DNA of 31,905 nucleotides from Candidatus Undinarchaeota archaeon (GTDB lineage: Archaea > SpSt-1190): NCBI GenBank assembly GCA_964549355.1, contig CAZJUS010000001.1, positions 21,207-53,111 on the forward strand, read 5' to 3'. The translations under genes were made by a program, and so were the position numbers. Shown here piece after piece: positions 7,699-15,321 of this stretch. The notes under the pieces were generated by a model. It saw nothing but the letters and a program-made list of their open reading frames with translations, had not been told where the DNA came from and searched no databases. Every line of letters starts with the position of its first letter. Position 1 is the stretch's first letter.

Positions 7699-8391
7699 GT
7701 GCTGCACATAGTCGGAATGGGCTTGGAAAAAGGGGATATGACCGAAAAAGGCCGGGAGGCCCTCAAGAAGAGCAGGAAAATTTTTGTGGAATCATACACC
7801 AGCTTTCCCTATGAGCTTGAAGACCCGGAAGTCCGCACAAAAATAAAGAAAGTCAACCGGAGCTTTGTTGAAGAGGGCAGGGTTTTGGAATCTGCTGAAA
7901 ACAGCGATGTGGCCCTCCTTGTCCCGGGCGACCCTCTTTTTGCAACAACGCACATAGCCCTGGTGGCGGAGGCCCGCAGCAGGAACATCAAAGTTGAAGT
8001 CATCCATGCGCCTTCAATCATCAATGTGATTTCCAGGACAGGCATAAGCCCCTACAAGCTCGGCCGGGTGATAACCATCTCAAAAGCATTTGAAAGCGAT
8101 TCACAGAAGCTTCAGAAGAACCGGGAGCAGGGGCTTCATACCCTGTGCCTTCTTGACCCTGCCGTCAGCATACAGGACGGCATCAAGGTGCTTCAGGAGT
8201 TTGGGGTGAAAGGAAAGGTGGTGGCCTGTGAACGGCTCGGCATGAAGGGGGAAAAAATTGCATACGGTTCACTTTCCGACCTGCTCAAACTGGAATTTCA
8301 GAATAAGCCCCAGTGCATTATTGTTCCTGCCAAACTTCATTTCTTTGAGGAGGAGTTTCTGGAAAATTTCAGCTGCAAAAAACAAGATTGA
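7699..8391 (+). CDS. dph5: Diphthine synthase
   Basis: LHIVGMGL, ESYTS, LLVPGDPLFATTH, SPYKLGRVITI, NREQGLHTLCLLD, LHFFEEEFL; GTG 7699 preferred. Confidence 0.93.
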   Translation: MLHIVGMGLEKGDMTEKGREALKKSRKIFVESYTSFPYELEDPEVRTKIKKVNRSFVEEGRVLESAENSDVALLVPGDPLFATTHIALVAEARSRNIKVEVIHAPSIINVISRTGISPYKLGRVITISKAFESDSQKLQKNREQGLHTLCLLDPAVSIQDGIKVLQEFGVKGKVVACERLGMKGEKIAYGSLSDLLKLEFQNKPQCIIVPAKLHFFEEEFLENFSCKKQD

Positions 8392-9070
8392 AGGTGTATT
8401 CCTTTTCCGGTGTTCCGTAATTTAGAGTTCCATTGTAAAGACGGCAGTCGTCTCCAATATCATAGCTTTTTTCAACAGTGCTTATTGCAGACTCAAGAGC
8501 ATCTGTCATTGGTCGAAGAGAAGAGCCCAATTCACTCTTCCATTCAAAATCCATTTGGGAATGCACTGTCGGAATCCCCGGCTGTTTGCTTCCTGTTTTG
8601 ATTAGTGAAAAACCTTCATCATTCACAGAAAGCAGAATTCCCCATCTTGTTGCATATTTTGTGAAAGCAGAATTTATTATTGCACTTATGCTCCGATTCA
8701 GGGCGGAGATTTCCAGTCCGGATTTTACAGGGTCCGGCACATCGCCGTAGTTGCACGAAGCCGAGCTGTTCCTCCAGATGCTTGCCTGGAAAGTTTCGCC
8801 TAGCGAAGTTATATCGACAGCACCGCAGAATGCAGGCCCCCCTGTCTTAAAATAGTCTTCAATCAGCTCCGCATCTGAATACTCCGAATATTTCTCCAGA
8901 TTCTTCCCCATATACAGCATTTTGACTATATTGGTGTCCTCCGTCATGATTTTGGTGTTCAGCTGGATGTTTCCGCTGTTGGTGGCTGCGGCAAGGACTG
9001 CGACGGCGCCCAGCAGGCCTATCACCAGGCCAGCGATCATGCTTACCACCATTGCTGCTACTCCTTTCAT
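8369..9070 (-). CDS. Pilin-like protein (class III signal peptide MKG|VAA)
   Basis: MKG followed by a ~25-aa hydrophobic helix, 4 Cys; ATGA overlap with the upstream gene; last gene of the pilus locus. Confidence 0.7.
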   Translation of the reverse strand: MKGVAAMVVSMIAGLVIGLLGAVAVLAAATNSGNIQLNTKIMTEDTNIVKMLYMGKNLEKYSEYSDAELIEDYFKTGGPAFCGAVDITSLGETFQASIWRNSSASCNYGDVPDPVKSGLEISALNRSISAIINSAFTKYATRWGILLSVNDEGFSLIKTGSKQPGIPTVHSQMDFEWKSELGSSLRPMTDALESAISTVEKSYDIGDDCRLYNGTLNYGTPEKEYTFNLVFCS

Positions 9071-9576
9071 CTCAACCACCAGTACTCCATTTTCAGCAAG
9101 CCCCCCGGGGGGACGGCGTAGTATGCCACATTGCGTCCTTCTCTTTCACCGCCTCTGATGAGCGCCTCAGAATCCGCCTCATCCGAAGCCAACGGCCCTG
9201 TTGCCAGCACAATACCATTTGTTGAATTGTATAATGTGAATCTTTCGTAAAAAACTTCGAGCTCTCTTGTGACATTCACCATTTTTCCGTTGTCGTTCAC
9301 AATCGGGCTGCCGGTCCTCACCGCTTCACTCAAATAATACATGAAAGGTTTGCCATTCACTTCATGCATGGCAATTGAATGCATGTAGGGCAGTGCAGGG
9401 TCCAGGCCTTTCTTGGCTTCAGCGTTGATTGTCAGATTCATCTGGAATAGGATGTTTGCAAACAACACCAGCATGATTGAAAAAGTAATAACTGCAACGG
9501 TTTTTCCTGTTGAGACTACATCTGCACCTTTTCCAATTTTGCCCAGCAGTTTCCCCATGCTGAATTTGCCTTTCAT
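9067..9576 (-). CDS. Pilin-like protein (basic leader ending GKG|ADVV)
   Basis: ATG 9576 with SD GGGGAGGT and ATGA overlap; Lys-rich leader followed by a hydrophobic helix. Confidence 0.7.
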   Translation of the reverse strand: MKGKFSMGKLLGKIGKGADVVSTGKTVAVITFSIMLVLFANILFQMNLTINAEAKKGLDPALPYMHSIAMHEVNGKPFMYYLSEAVRTGSPIVNDNGKMVNVTRELEVFYERFTLYNSTNGIVLATGPLASDEADSEALIRGGEREGRNVAYYAVPPGGLLKMEYWWLR

Positions 9577-10211
9577 GGACCTCCCCCCAAACCGCATTGC
9601 TCGCCGTAATCTTCAATCTGGACTCCGGTGAATTCGACCATCCTGCAGAAAAGGGATTTCAGCTCCTCCGACGGTTCTTTTTTGATGTTGGCCCCCACCA
9701 TCAAATACCCAAAATGCCTGTTGTTCTCGTCCTCTCCAATTGCAACCGGGAGGGTGTAGATGTACAGCTCGTCTATTTGGGCTGTTCCGCCCCTCGGCAT
9801 TTTTATCCTCCCCGATTCGCCCCCTGCAGCTGCCGACAGTATCTGCAGGGCCGTTGCCCTGTAGCGCTCCTCAGGGTAGCTGTAGGTGCCTGACCTCGGG
9901 TCATAGTAGGTCATATCTTGAAAGTATGAATTCACCACAGCCTGCCGCTCTGCATCATAGAGGATTGCGAATATGTTCAGCTTGTGGAAACGGTTGCCGT
10001 TGAGGAAATTCAACGAATCCCCTGTCACGACCCCTTTCTCCGGAGTGGTCGGGGGGCCGGCCATATAGTGCGCTATGTAGAAGCAGGTTTTGATTGCCTG
10101 CCATCTTGAAAGTGAAGTGGAGATGGTCATGTTGAACATATAGAGGACTGCCACCGACATAACAGCTGCCAGAATTAATGCCAGCTCAATATTGCCGAAT
10201 CCTTTTTTCAT
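9573..10211 (-). CDS. Pilin-like protein (MKKG|FGNIE)
   Basis: Canonical G|FxxxE prepilin motif followed by a hydrophobic helix. Confidence 0.8.
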   Translation of the reverse strand: MKKGFGNIELALILAAVMSVAVLYMFNMTISTSLSRWQAIKTCFYIAHYMAGPPTTPEKGVVTGDSLNFLNGNRFHKLNIFAILYDAERQAVVNSYFQDMTYYDPRSGTYSYPEERYRATALQILSAAAGGESGRIKMPRGGTAQIDELYIYTLPVAIGEDENNRHFGYLMVGANIKKEPSEELKSLFCRMVEFTGVQIEDYGEQCGLGGGP

Positions 10212-10657
10212 GTGAATATCACCCCTCTCCCCGAACTGTTGTGGTAGATGTTGATTTTGTCTATGGCGTCCCCTCTGGCTATCCAGCCTTCGGTGTCGGT
10301 GGTCCTGAACAAAGGAGGGTTTTCGTCCATTTCATGCCCCGGGAAATACGGCAGGTCCAGAATCATCCCCGGAAAAGCAACCCATCCTATTTTGTCGACC
10401 GTGGCTACGAACAGATTTTTTGCAGCGCCCATATTCACAGGCTTCAGATTCCAGTCGATATCAATTGCAACTGAGGGATGCATGTCGCTTACAGTGATGC
10501 ACCCCGCAATCATGCCTGCCCGGACTGAAGCGCTGTATATGGCGGATGCAGCGAAAGTGCTGATTATTATGCCCCCTGCCAAAGCTACAATACCCCCGAA
10601 CAGAATCACGAAGGTAAGAATCATCATGGTGATGTCCACAGACTCCCAGGCGCCCAC
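10208..10657 (-). CDS. Pilin-like/membrane-anchored protein lacking a basic leader (MGAWES)
   Basis: N-terminal hydrophobic helix; GTG start ~21 nt after a TTAAATA box (10684-10678). Confidence 0.6.
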   Translation of the reverse strand: MGAWESVDITMMILTFVILFGGIVALAGGIIISTFAASAIYSASVRAGMIAGCITVSDMHPSVAIDIDWNLKPVNMGAAKNLFVATVDKIGWVAFPGMILDLPYFPGHEMDENPPLFRTTDTEGWIARGDAIDKINIYHNSSGRGVIFT

Positions 10658-10669
10658 AAGAAAGGATGT

Positions 10670-11125
10670 CTACTGCATATTTAATTTTACCGTAGTCGCA
10701 TTGATGTCCTCTATGAGCACAGTCCTGCTTTCGGCTTCAGCAGGGAAGTAGTAGGCTTTGTCGGGGTTTATGGTCAGGCCCCTGCAGGATGTGTAGAAAT
10801 TTTCTTTGTGGAATTCATACGCCATGCAGACGATTGAGTTTTGGTTGGTGCACCAGTCATTTATTTCTTCAACAATGTCCGTGTATTGGAAAATTTCAGC
10901 ATCCGGCAGCTCCAAGTTCCGGCAGGGTGTGAAAAGCACGTGCATTTTTTCCGGGATGACCACCGCAGCGTCGTTTTCAAATTCATTTGCGGCGTTCTGC
11001 GTAAGGATTTCAACCTTCTGGATGTCCCCCCTCGAGAAAGACACCAATGCGTACAGGCTGGCCTGGCTGACGGCGTAGATTACAAGCAGGAGTAAGAAGT
11101 AAAACAATAAGCCGACACCTTTCAA
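10670..11125 (-). CDS. Pilin-like protein (MKG|VGLL)
   Basis: TTG start with SD GGAAGGTGA; KG followed by a hydrophobic helix; 4 Cys. Confidence 0.7.
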   Translation of the reverse strand: MKGVGLLFYFLLLLVIYAVSQASLYALVSFSRGDIQKVEILTQNAANEFENDAAVVIPEKMHVLFTPCRNLELPDAEIFQYTDIVEEINDWCTNQNSIVCMAYEFHKENFYTSCRGLTINPDKAYYFPAEAESRTVLIEDINATTVKLNMQ

Positions 11126-11129
11126 GGCT

Positions 11130-11579
11130 TCACCTTCCTACCAGACTTGAGCCTTCGGCTATCCCGTTGGCCATGGAATGGCACTCGTCCGGGTCATAGT
11201 ATTTTTTGGCGTCAAGCAGGCCCATGTGTCCTTTGTTGTAGAGGTACACGGCGCAGTCGCATGGGCTGAGCCTTTCGCCCTGCTCAAACTCCTCCTGCGT
11301 GAAATACTTCACTGTGAGGGACGGATGTGCAGCTGCGACGCTGGCCTTTGCCAGCTCGTTCTGGTTGACTGCGCTTAGTGTGAACCCGCTGGCCTCCCAT
11401 CCTTCGCAGAAATTGGTGATGGTTATCTCGACCTGCCCTGCGTTGATTTCACCGAGCCAGTTGCTGAAGGTTTCCTGGGCATTGGTTTTTGCCATTAGCT
11501 GGTACATGGTTATGCCGACCACTAGCGCCAGCAGGAGGGTGACCACAATCCAAATCGGCCTGCTTTCTTGACCTTTCAT
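11130..11579 (-). CDS. Pilin-like protein (MKG|QESR)
   Basis: Archaeal KG|Q class III signal followed by a hydrophobic helix; own TATA-like box TTTATAG at ~11607-11601; 4 Cys. Confidence 0.8.
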   Translation of the reverse strand: MKGQESRPIWIVVTLLLALVVGITMYQLMAKTNAQETFSNWLGEINAGQVEITITNFCEGWEASGFTLSAVNQNELAKASVAAAHPSLTVKYFTQEEFEQGERLSPCDCAVYLYNKGHMGLLDAKKYYDPDECHSMANGIAEGSSLVGR

Positions 11580-11619
11580 ACTCTTTTATACTGCGGGTTT
11601 CTATAAATGCATTTAGATG

Positions 11620-12435
11620 CTATGAAAACCGGATGCCTGTTCCAAGGAAGGTGCTCATGTGGGCGACCTTTTCGTCGGCAGTAGCACTTGAAACTGCTTT
11701 TTTGTAGTGGACTGTGCTTTCCTTGACCGAGGCGCACATCATGGCGCACGAATCTGCACAGCCGGCATCCTGCAGAGCCGTTAGTGCATTCGACGGGTTG
11801 TTTTTGTTGTCAAGGTATATCTCCCAACAGCTTATGCAGTCTTTGGTGTATCCGCAGTCCCCGGCGCAGAATTTTGAAAGTATCATGTCCTGCTCCTCAA
11901 AGGCTGTTTTTGCAACATTCAGCGGCGATGTGATGCCCAGGGAGCCCGCCTTGTTGCCTGTCAGTGACCTGTAAAAACCATTCTTCAATTCGCTGGTTAT
12001 CTTGAACTCTGTGCTCCCCGGCGAGGCAAAGGTCATCCACATATCGCATGAAGTTTCTATAGTCTCAATTTTGGTTATTTCCGTCATGGTTGTCGCTTTC
12101 GAATTCCTGCTTACGAATGCCCGGGCCTTGTCCAGGCTTTCCCTGTCCAGGCTGGTCCTGTCCATCGAAAGGGCGATGTCGAGGGGGTCGCCCCCGAGCT
12201 CCGTAAGCCTTACGACCCTCATGAGGGTATCAACTGCAGCTGCCTTGTCCGGGCTGTCCGACTGCGCCAAGGACTCTGCAACGTTGGGCAGGAATATCTG
12301 CGATTTCAGGACCAGCATCTCACCGACAGGAGGCTTTTTGAGCACCGACGACACCGACCTCATTGGAATGAGAACAAAACCAGCCATAACTGCGCCTATT
12401 ATGATGACTGCCAGCACCATATTGAGCGCTTTCAT
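11620..12435 (-). CDS. Pilin-like Cys-rich protein (MKA|LNM)
   Basis: KA followed by a hydrophobic helix; 8 Cys including CxxxC motifs; TAATG coupling. Confidence 0.7.
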   Translation of the reverse strand: MKALNMVLAVIIIGAVMAGFVLIPMRSVSSVLKKPPVGEMLVLKSQIFLPNVAESLAQSDSPDKAAAVDTLMRVVRLTELGGDPLDIALSMDRTSLDRESLDKARAFVSRNSKATTMTEITKIETIETSCDMWMTFASPGSTEFKITSELKNGFYRSLTGNKAGSLGITSPLNVAKTAFEEQDMILSKFCAGDCGYTKDCISCWEIYLDNKNNPSNALTALQDAGCADSCAMMCASVKESTVHYKKAVSSATADEKVAHMSTFLGTGIRFS

Positions 12436-12965
12436 TATGGCGCCCCTCCCGGAAGCTTCAGCTTCCCGACTTGTTCAAGGACAGCTTCGGCGACAGCATT
12501 TTTCAGCACGAAGTCGTCTTCTGCGAACCTGTTGAATGCTTCTCCGTTGTACCTGAAGTCATTCGGCGACATATGGATGCCGTAGACGTCTCCGAATTTG
12601 CGGTTTATGGCATAAATCCCCTGCGTCATGTTCCCCGAGGTTCCGGCATCCACCAGCTTCAGATACATGGCGCATCCTATGACACAGCTTTGGTAATCCT
12701 GGCAGAACCTTATGGCCTTCAGGCCCTCCCCCGCCTGCTCCCATGCAGCCATGGTCCCGTATCCCAGAGAGATGAAGTCCCCGCAGTTCCGCTGCTCCGA
12801 CTCGACCCGGCTCTGCATTCGGCCTGCTTCGTCTTTCAGGAAGTTGATGTCTACAAATTTTTTGAGCTCCGGCTTGCTCAGGATGCTGAACAGGAGCATG
12901 ATTAAGCCTGCCAGAAAAATAACCCCTACCAGCGTCTTCATCAAAGATACGGCTCCTTTGCCCAT
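12435..12965 (-). CDS. Pilin-like protein (MGKG|AVS)
   Basis: KG|A followed by a hydrophobic helix; 4 Cys. Confidence 0.75.
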   Translation of the reverse strand: MGKGAVSLMKTLVGVIFLAGLIMLLFSILSKPELKKFVDINFLKDEAGRMQSRVESEQRNCGDFISLGYGTMAAWEQAGEGLKAIRFCQDYQSCVIGCAMYLKLVDAGTSGNMTQGIYAINRKFGDVYGIHMSPNDFRYNGEAFNRFAEDDFVLKNAVAEAVLEQVGKLKLPGGAP

Positions 12966-13535
12966 TCACTCACATGCCCTTTCCAAAGTATGAGTTGAAA
13001 TGAAGTCCAGATTGCCCCGTACAAAGTCGCTCGTTGTACCCTCCTTTATGATGTATTCAAAGCAGGTCACGACATTGTCTTTGCAGGACACCTCGCATTT
13101 GCTGTAGATGTCTTTGATTACGCTACACGTCGACAGGCAGTTGGTCATTGCATCGTATGATGAGAGGATGTAGCCCTTTCCGGCGCATCTCCTGTTGTCG
13201 CCTTCAGTCTGGGCATAGCATTTCTGGGCGACCTCTTCAAGGTCCCTTCCGCAGGCATCCCAGACCTTGCGGTACGGCCTCATCCTGTCCGGCAGTTTGT
13301 AGGTGTTCAGGATGGCGTCTGCGCTGTAGCGTTCAGAGCCTGTCATCCAGTCATTGCAGGAGCGGTACAGGCTGTCCATGGCATCCAGCCTCTGCTGGAA
13401 ATTGGCTCCTGTATTCCATATATCCTCCACGCCCCCTTTGGCCCTCCCCATGATGCCGAAGCCTATGACCAAAACGGCGCCTGCAATAATGACTCCAAGC
13501 ACCAAAGGCAGAACACTTTCGACTGCTCCTTTCAT
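12966..13535 (-). CDS. Pilin-like Cys-rich protein (MKG|AVES)
   Basis: KG|A followed by a hydrophobic helix; 10 Cys; TATA-like ATAAATAA ~21 nt upstream. Confidence 0.78.
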   Translation of the reverse strand: MKGAVESVLPLVLGVIIAGAVLVIGFGIMGRAKGGVEDIWNTGANFQQRLDAMDSLYRSCNDWMTGSERYSADAILNTYKLPDRMRPYRKVWDACGRDLEEVAQKCYAQTEGDNRRCAGKGYILSSYDAMTNCLSTCSVIKDIYSKCEVSCKDNVVTCFEYIIKEGTTSDFVRGNLDFISTHTLERACE

Positions 13536-13586
13536 AGCAGACTTAGGCTTCCTGCTTATTTATTCTTATCTTCAGGGCACCTACCT

Positions 13587-13709
13587 TCATGGAGGCATGG
13601 CAGACTTGATAGTGCTTACCAATCTTGGGGCAAGGGCCATTATTATTGCGAGCCCGATTACAAAGAGTATTATGATTTTGAGCCAATCCATGCCTTCCTC
13701 AACTGCCAT
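13587..13709 (-). CDS. 40-aa single-TM peptide MAVEEGMDWLKIIILFVIGLAIIMALAPRLVSTIKSAMPP (not in ORF track)
   Basis: Hand translation; TGATG overlap with the upstream gene and SD GGAGG. An alternative ATG at 13757 would add a leader ending RRRG|MMAVE. Confidence 0.7.
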   Translation of the reverse strand: MAVEEGMDWLKIIILFVIGLAIIMALAPRLVSTIKSAMPP

Positions 13710-14125
13710 CATTCCCCGCCTCCGAACTCGTAGTTGTGCAGGAAGTACGGCACCCATGCAGGTCCGCTTTCCAAGGTTTCATCATAGTAGTACACAATTG
13801 CCAGCTCCACATCATTAAATGGATAGTCATACCTGAAGATGTCCAGTTTTTTCAGGATGCCTGCATCCAGAATCTGTTCGAATTCCACAGTTTCTCCGTC
13901 AACCTTCCGTTTAAGGTATATTTTGATGTCCTCCGCGGGAATGTCCACAGTGGTGGTGATTATCAGGCCGTCATCCATGAATTTGACCATCAGGTCGGTG
14001 CCTCCGACATCCTTTGAGGCTTGGCTGGTCCTTGTGACCAGCTGGAAGGCCAAGCCGAGGGATGCAATTATAAGCACAGTTGCAAATATCAGCGTCAGTA
14101 TTCTGCCGGTGGAGATGTCAGCCAC
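13709..14125 (-). CDS. Pilin-like membrane-anchored protein (MADISTGR)
   Basis: GTG start with SD GGAGG; N-terminal hydrophobic helix followed by a beta-rich soluble domain. Confidence 0.7.
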   Translation of the reverse strand: MADISTGRILTLIFATVLIIASLGLAFQLVTRTSQASKDVGGTDLMVKFMDDGLIITTTVDIPAEDIKIYLKRKVDGETVEFEQILDAGILKKLDIFRYDYPFNDVELAIVYYYDETLESGPAWVPYFLHNYEFGGGE

Positions 14126-14468
14126 GGTTCCCCCCCTCCATTACAGTAATGCAGACAAGCTCACCGCACAGTCTGCCGGACACGACATAAACCCTCCCTT
14201 TTTTGAGTTGCTGTGTGCTGTTGTCGCTGATTTTGATGCCCTCCTCTCTGCATCCTTTTGGACCGCAGACATAAGTCTCCACCTTGAGGTCGAGGCCGGG
14301 CGAATAGACGATGCTTGATGCAATGCCCTTTTCAGCTTTTTCAATGACATCCCGGACAGTCTCAACTTTGCTGGTATGCGTCCTGGCAAAAAGCTGGTTT
14401 ATTGCAACGAATGCCATGAGAAATAGGATTAAGGTTCCGACAAGACTCAACAGCGCCTTTGTCTCCAA
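14118..14468 (-). CDS. Pilin-like protein (METKA|LLS)
   Basis: TTG start directly after the upstream stop; KA followed by a hydrophobic helix; 4 Cys. Confidence 0.68.
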   Translation of the reverse strand: METKALLSLVGTLILFLMAFVAINQLFARTHTSKVETVRDVIEKAEKGIASSIVYSPGLDLKVETYVCGPKGCREEGIKISDNSTQQLKKGRVYVVSGRLCGELVCITVMEGGNRG

Positions 14469-14582
14469 TCAGATACCCCCTAGTATGCCGGATGCACTTG
14501 AAAACATCTTAATCCCGAATCCAAGCAGTATTGCCAGTATTATCACCGCCAAGACCAGCCAAAGCACCCTCTCTTCACTCAT
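14469..14582 (-). CDS. 37-aa single-TM peptide MSEERVLWLVLAVIILAILLGFGIKMFSSASGILGGI (not in ORF track)
   Basis: Hand translation; exactly fills the gap (TAA-ATG upstream, TGA-TTG downstream). Confidence 0.72.
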   Translation of the reverse strand: MSEERVLWLVLAVIILAILLGFGIKMFSSASGILGGI

Positions 14583-14768
14583 TTAGAACGCCCCCACTAT
14601 TTTTGCCATTGTATCCCCGATTGAATCGCCGACGAAGCCTGCGACTGTCTGCGGGTCCATATTGAAAGGCAGACCCCCTGAAATTAAAGCTATCGAAGTG
14701 CTGATTGCAGCAACAAACGAAATCACAATGAAAAACTTGTACACCATGTCCGCAGTTATCTTGTCCAT
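14583..14768 (-). CDS. 61-aa hydrophobic peptide
   Basis: One TM helix plus an amphipathic tail; SD-like GAGGCG; tiles the locus. Confidence 0.7.
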   Translation of the reverse strand: MDKITADMVYKFFIVISFVAAISTSIALISGGLPFNMDPQTVAGFVGDSIGDTMAKIVGAF

Positions 14769-14777
14769 TCCATCGCC

Positions 14778-14978
14778 TCATCCGAAGGGGTTCAGCCCCG
14801 CCCCCATGCCTCTTCCGAGCATGGCGGACAGCGCCCCTTTCAATATCAATATCTTACCTGCGTTGGATATAACAGCTTCTGCTGCTATCAACACTGCAGC
14901 CATTTGGATTATCATGGGCAGTCTGCTCATTATTATCACCGCAGAATCCATCAGATCCCAGACGGTCGAGCTTGTCAT
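14778..14978 (-). CDS. 66-aa hydrophobic peptide
   Basis: Ala/Ile/Met/Gly-rich; TGATG coupling with the upstream ORF. Confidence 0.68.
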   Translation of the reverse strand: MTSSTVWDLMDSAVIIMSRLPMIIQMAAVLIAAEAVISNAGKILILKGALSAMLGRGMGAGLNPFG

Positions 14979-15127
14979 CAGTTGCTGCCTCCGTAGTACA
15001 GGACTGCATAGGCGGGCAGTTTCAGGAAGTACCTCGAGAGTCCGCCCCCTCTGGTCGCAATGAATGCAATGGTCAGTGCCAGCACTATGAACCCGACCAC
15101 CAGCATTATCATTTCATGTGTTTCCAT
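14978..15127 (-). CDS. 49-aa single-TM peptide METHEMIMLVVGFIVLALTIAFIATRGGGLSRYFLKLPAYAVLYYGGSN (not in ORF track)
   Basis: Hand translation; TAATG overlap at the start and TGATG overlap at the end. Confidence 0.75.
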   Translation of the reverse strand: METHEMIMLVVGFIVLALTIAFIATRGGGLSRYFLKLPAYAVLYYGGSN

Positions 15128-15321
15128 TACGACGCCCCCACTATCATGCCCGCTATTTTAGTTATGTGCGAGAAGAAGCCGCTCATTATGTTGGAAGCTG
15201 CAAGCACACTCATGAAGCCCCGGACCACCCAGCCGAGGGAGCCCATCAGCGCCATCACCGCCACCAGCAGAAGGATGAGGGTGGGGACCAGGTGCAACGC
15301 CCATTCCGAAAATGTCTTCAT
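15127..15321 (-). CDS. 64-aa hydrophobic peptide
   Basis: ATGA overlap with the platform gene, SD GGTGA; TM helix plus amphipathic tail. Confidence 0.7.
   Translation of the reverse strand: MKTFSEWALHLVPTLILLLVAVMALMGSLGWVVRGFMSVLAASNIMSGFFSHITKIAGMIVGAS

Noticed and set aside
8369..8391. 23-nt convergent overlap of dph5 and the last pilin-like gene as antisense regulation
   Set aside because: Short 3' overlaps are ordinary in compact archaeal genomes.
10657..10672. Amber readthrough fusing the 151-aa and 149-aa genes (same frame, TAG plus 4 codons)
   Set aside because: The downstream GTG has its own TATA-like box at the usual distance and its own N-terminal TM helix. Other TAG codons end conserved genes (e.g. 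cdc48) normally.
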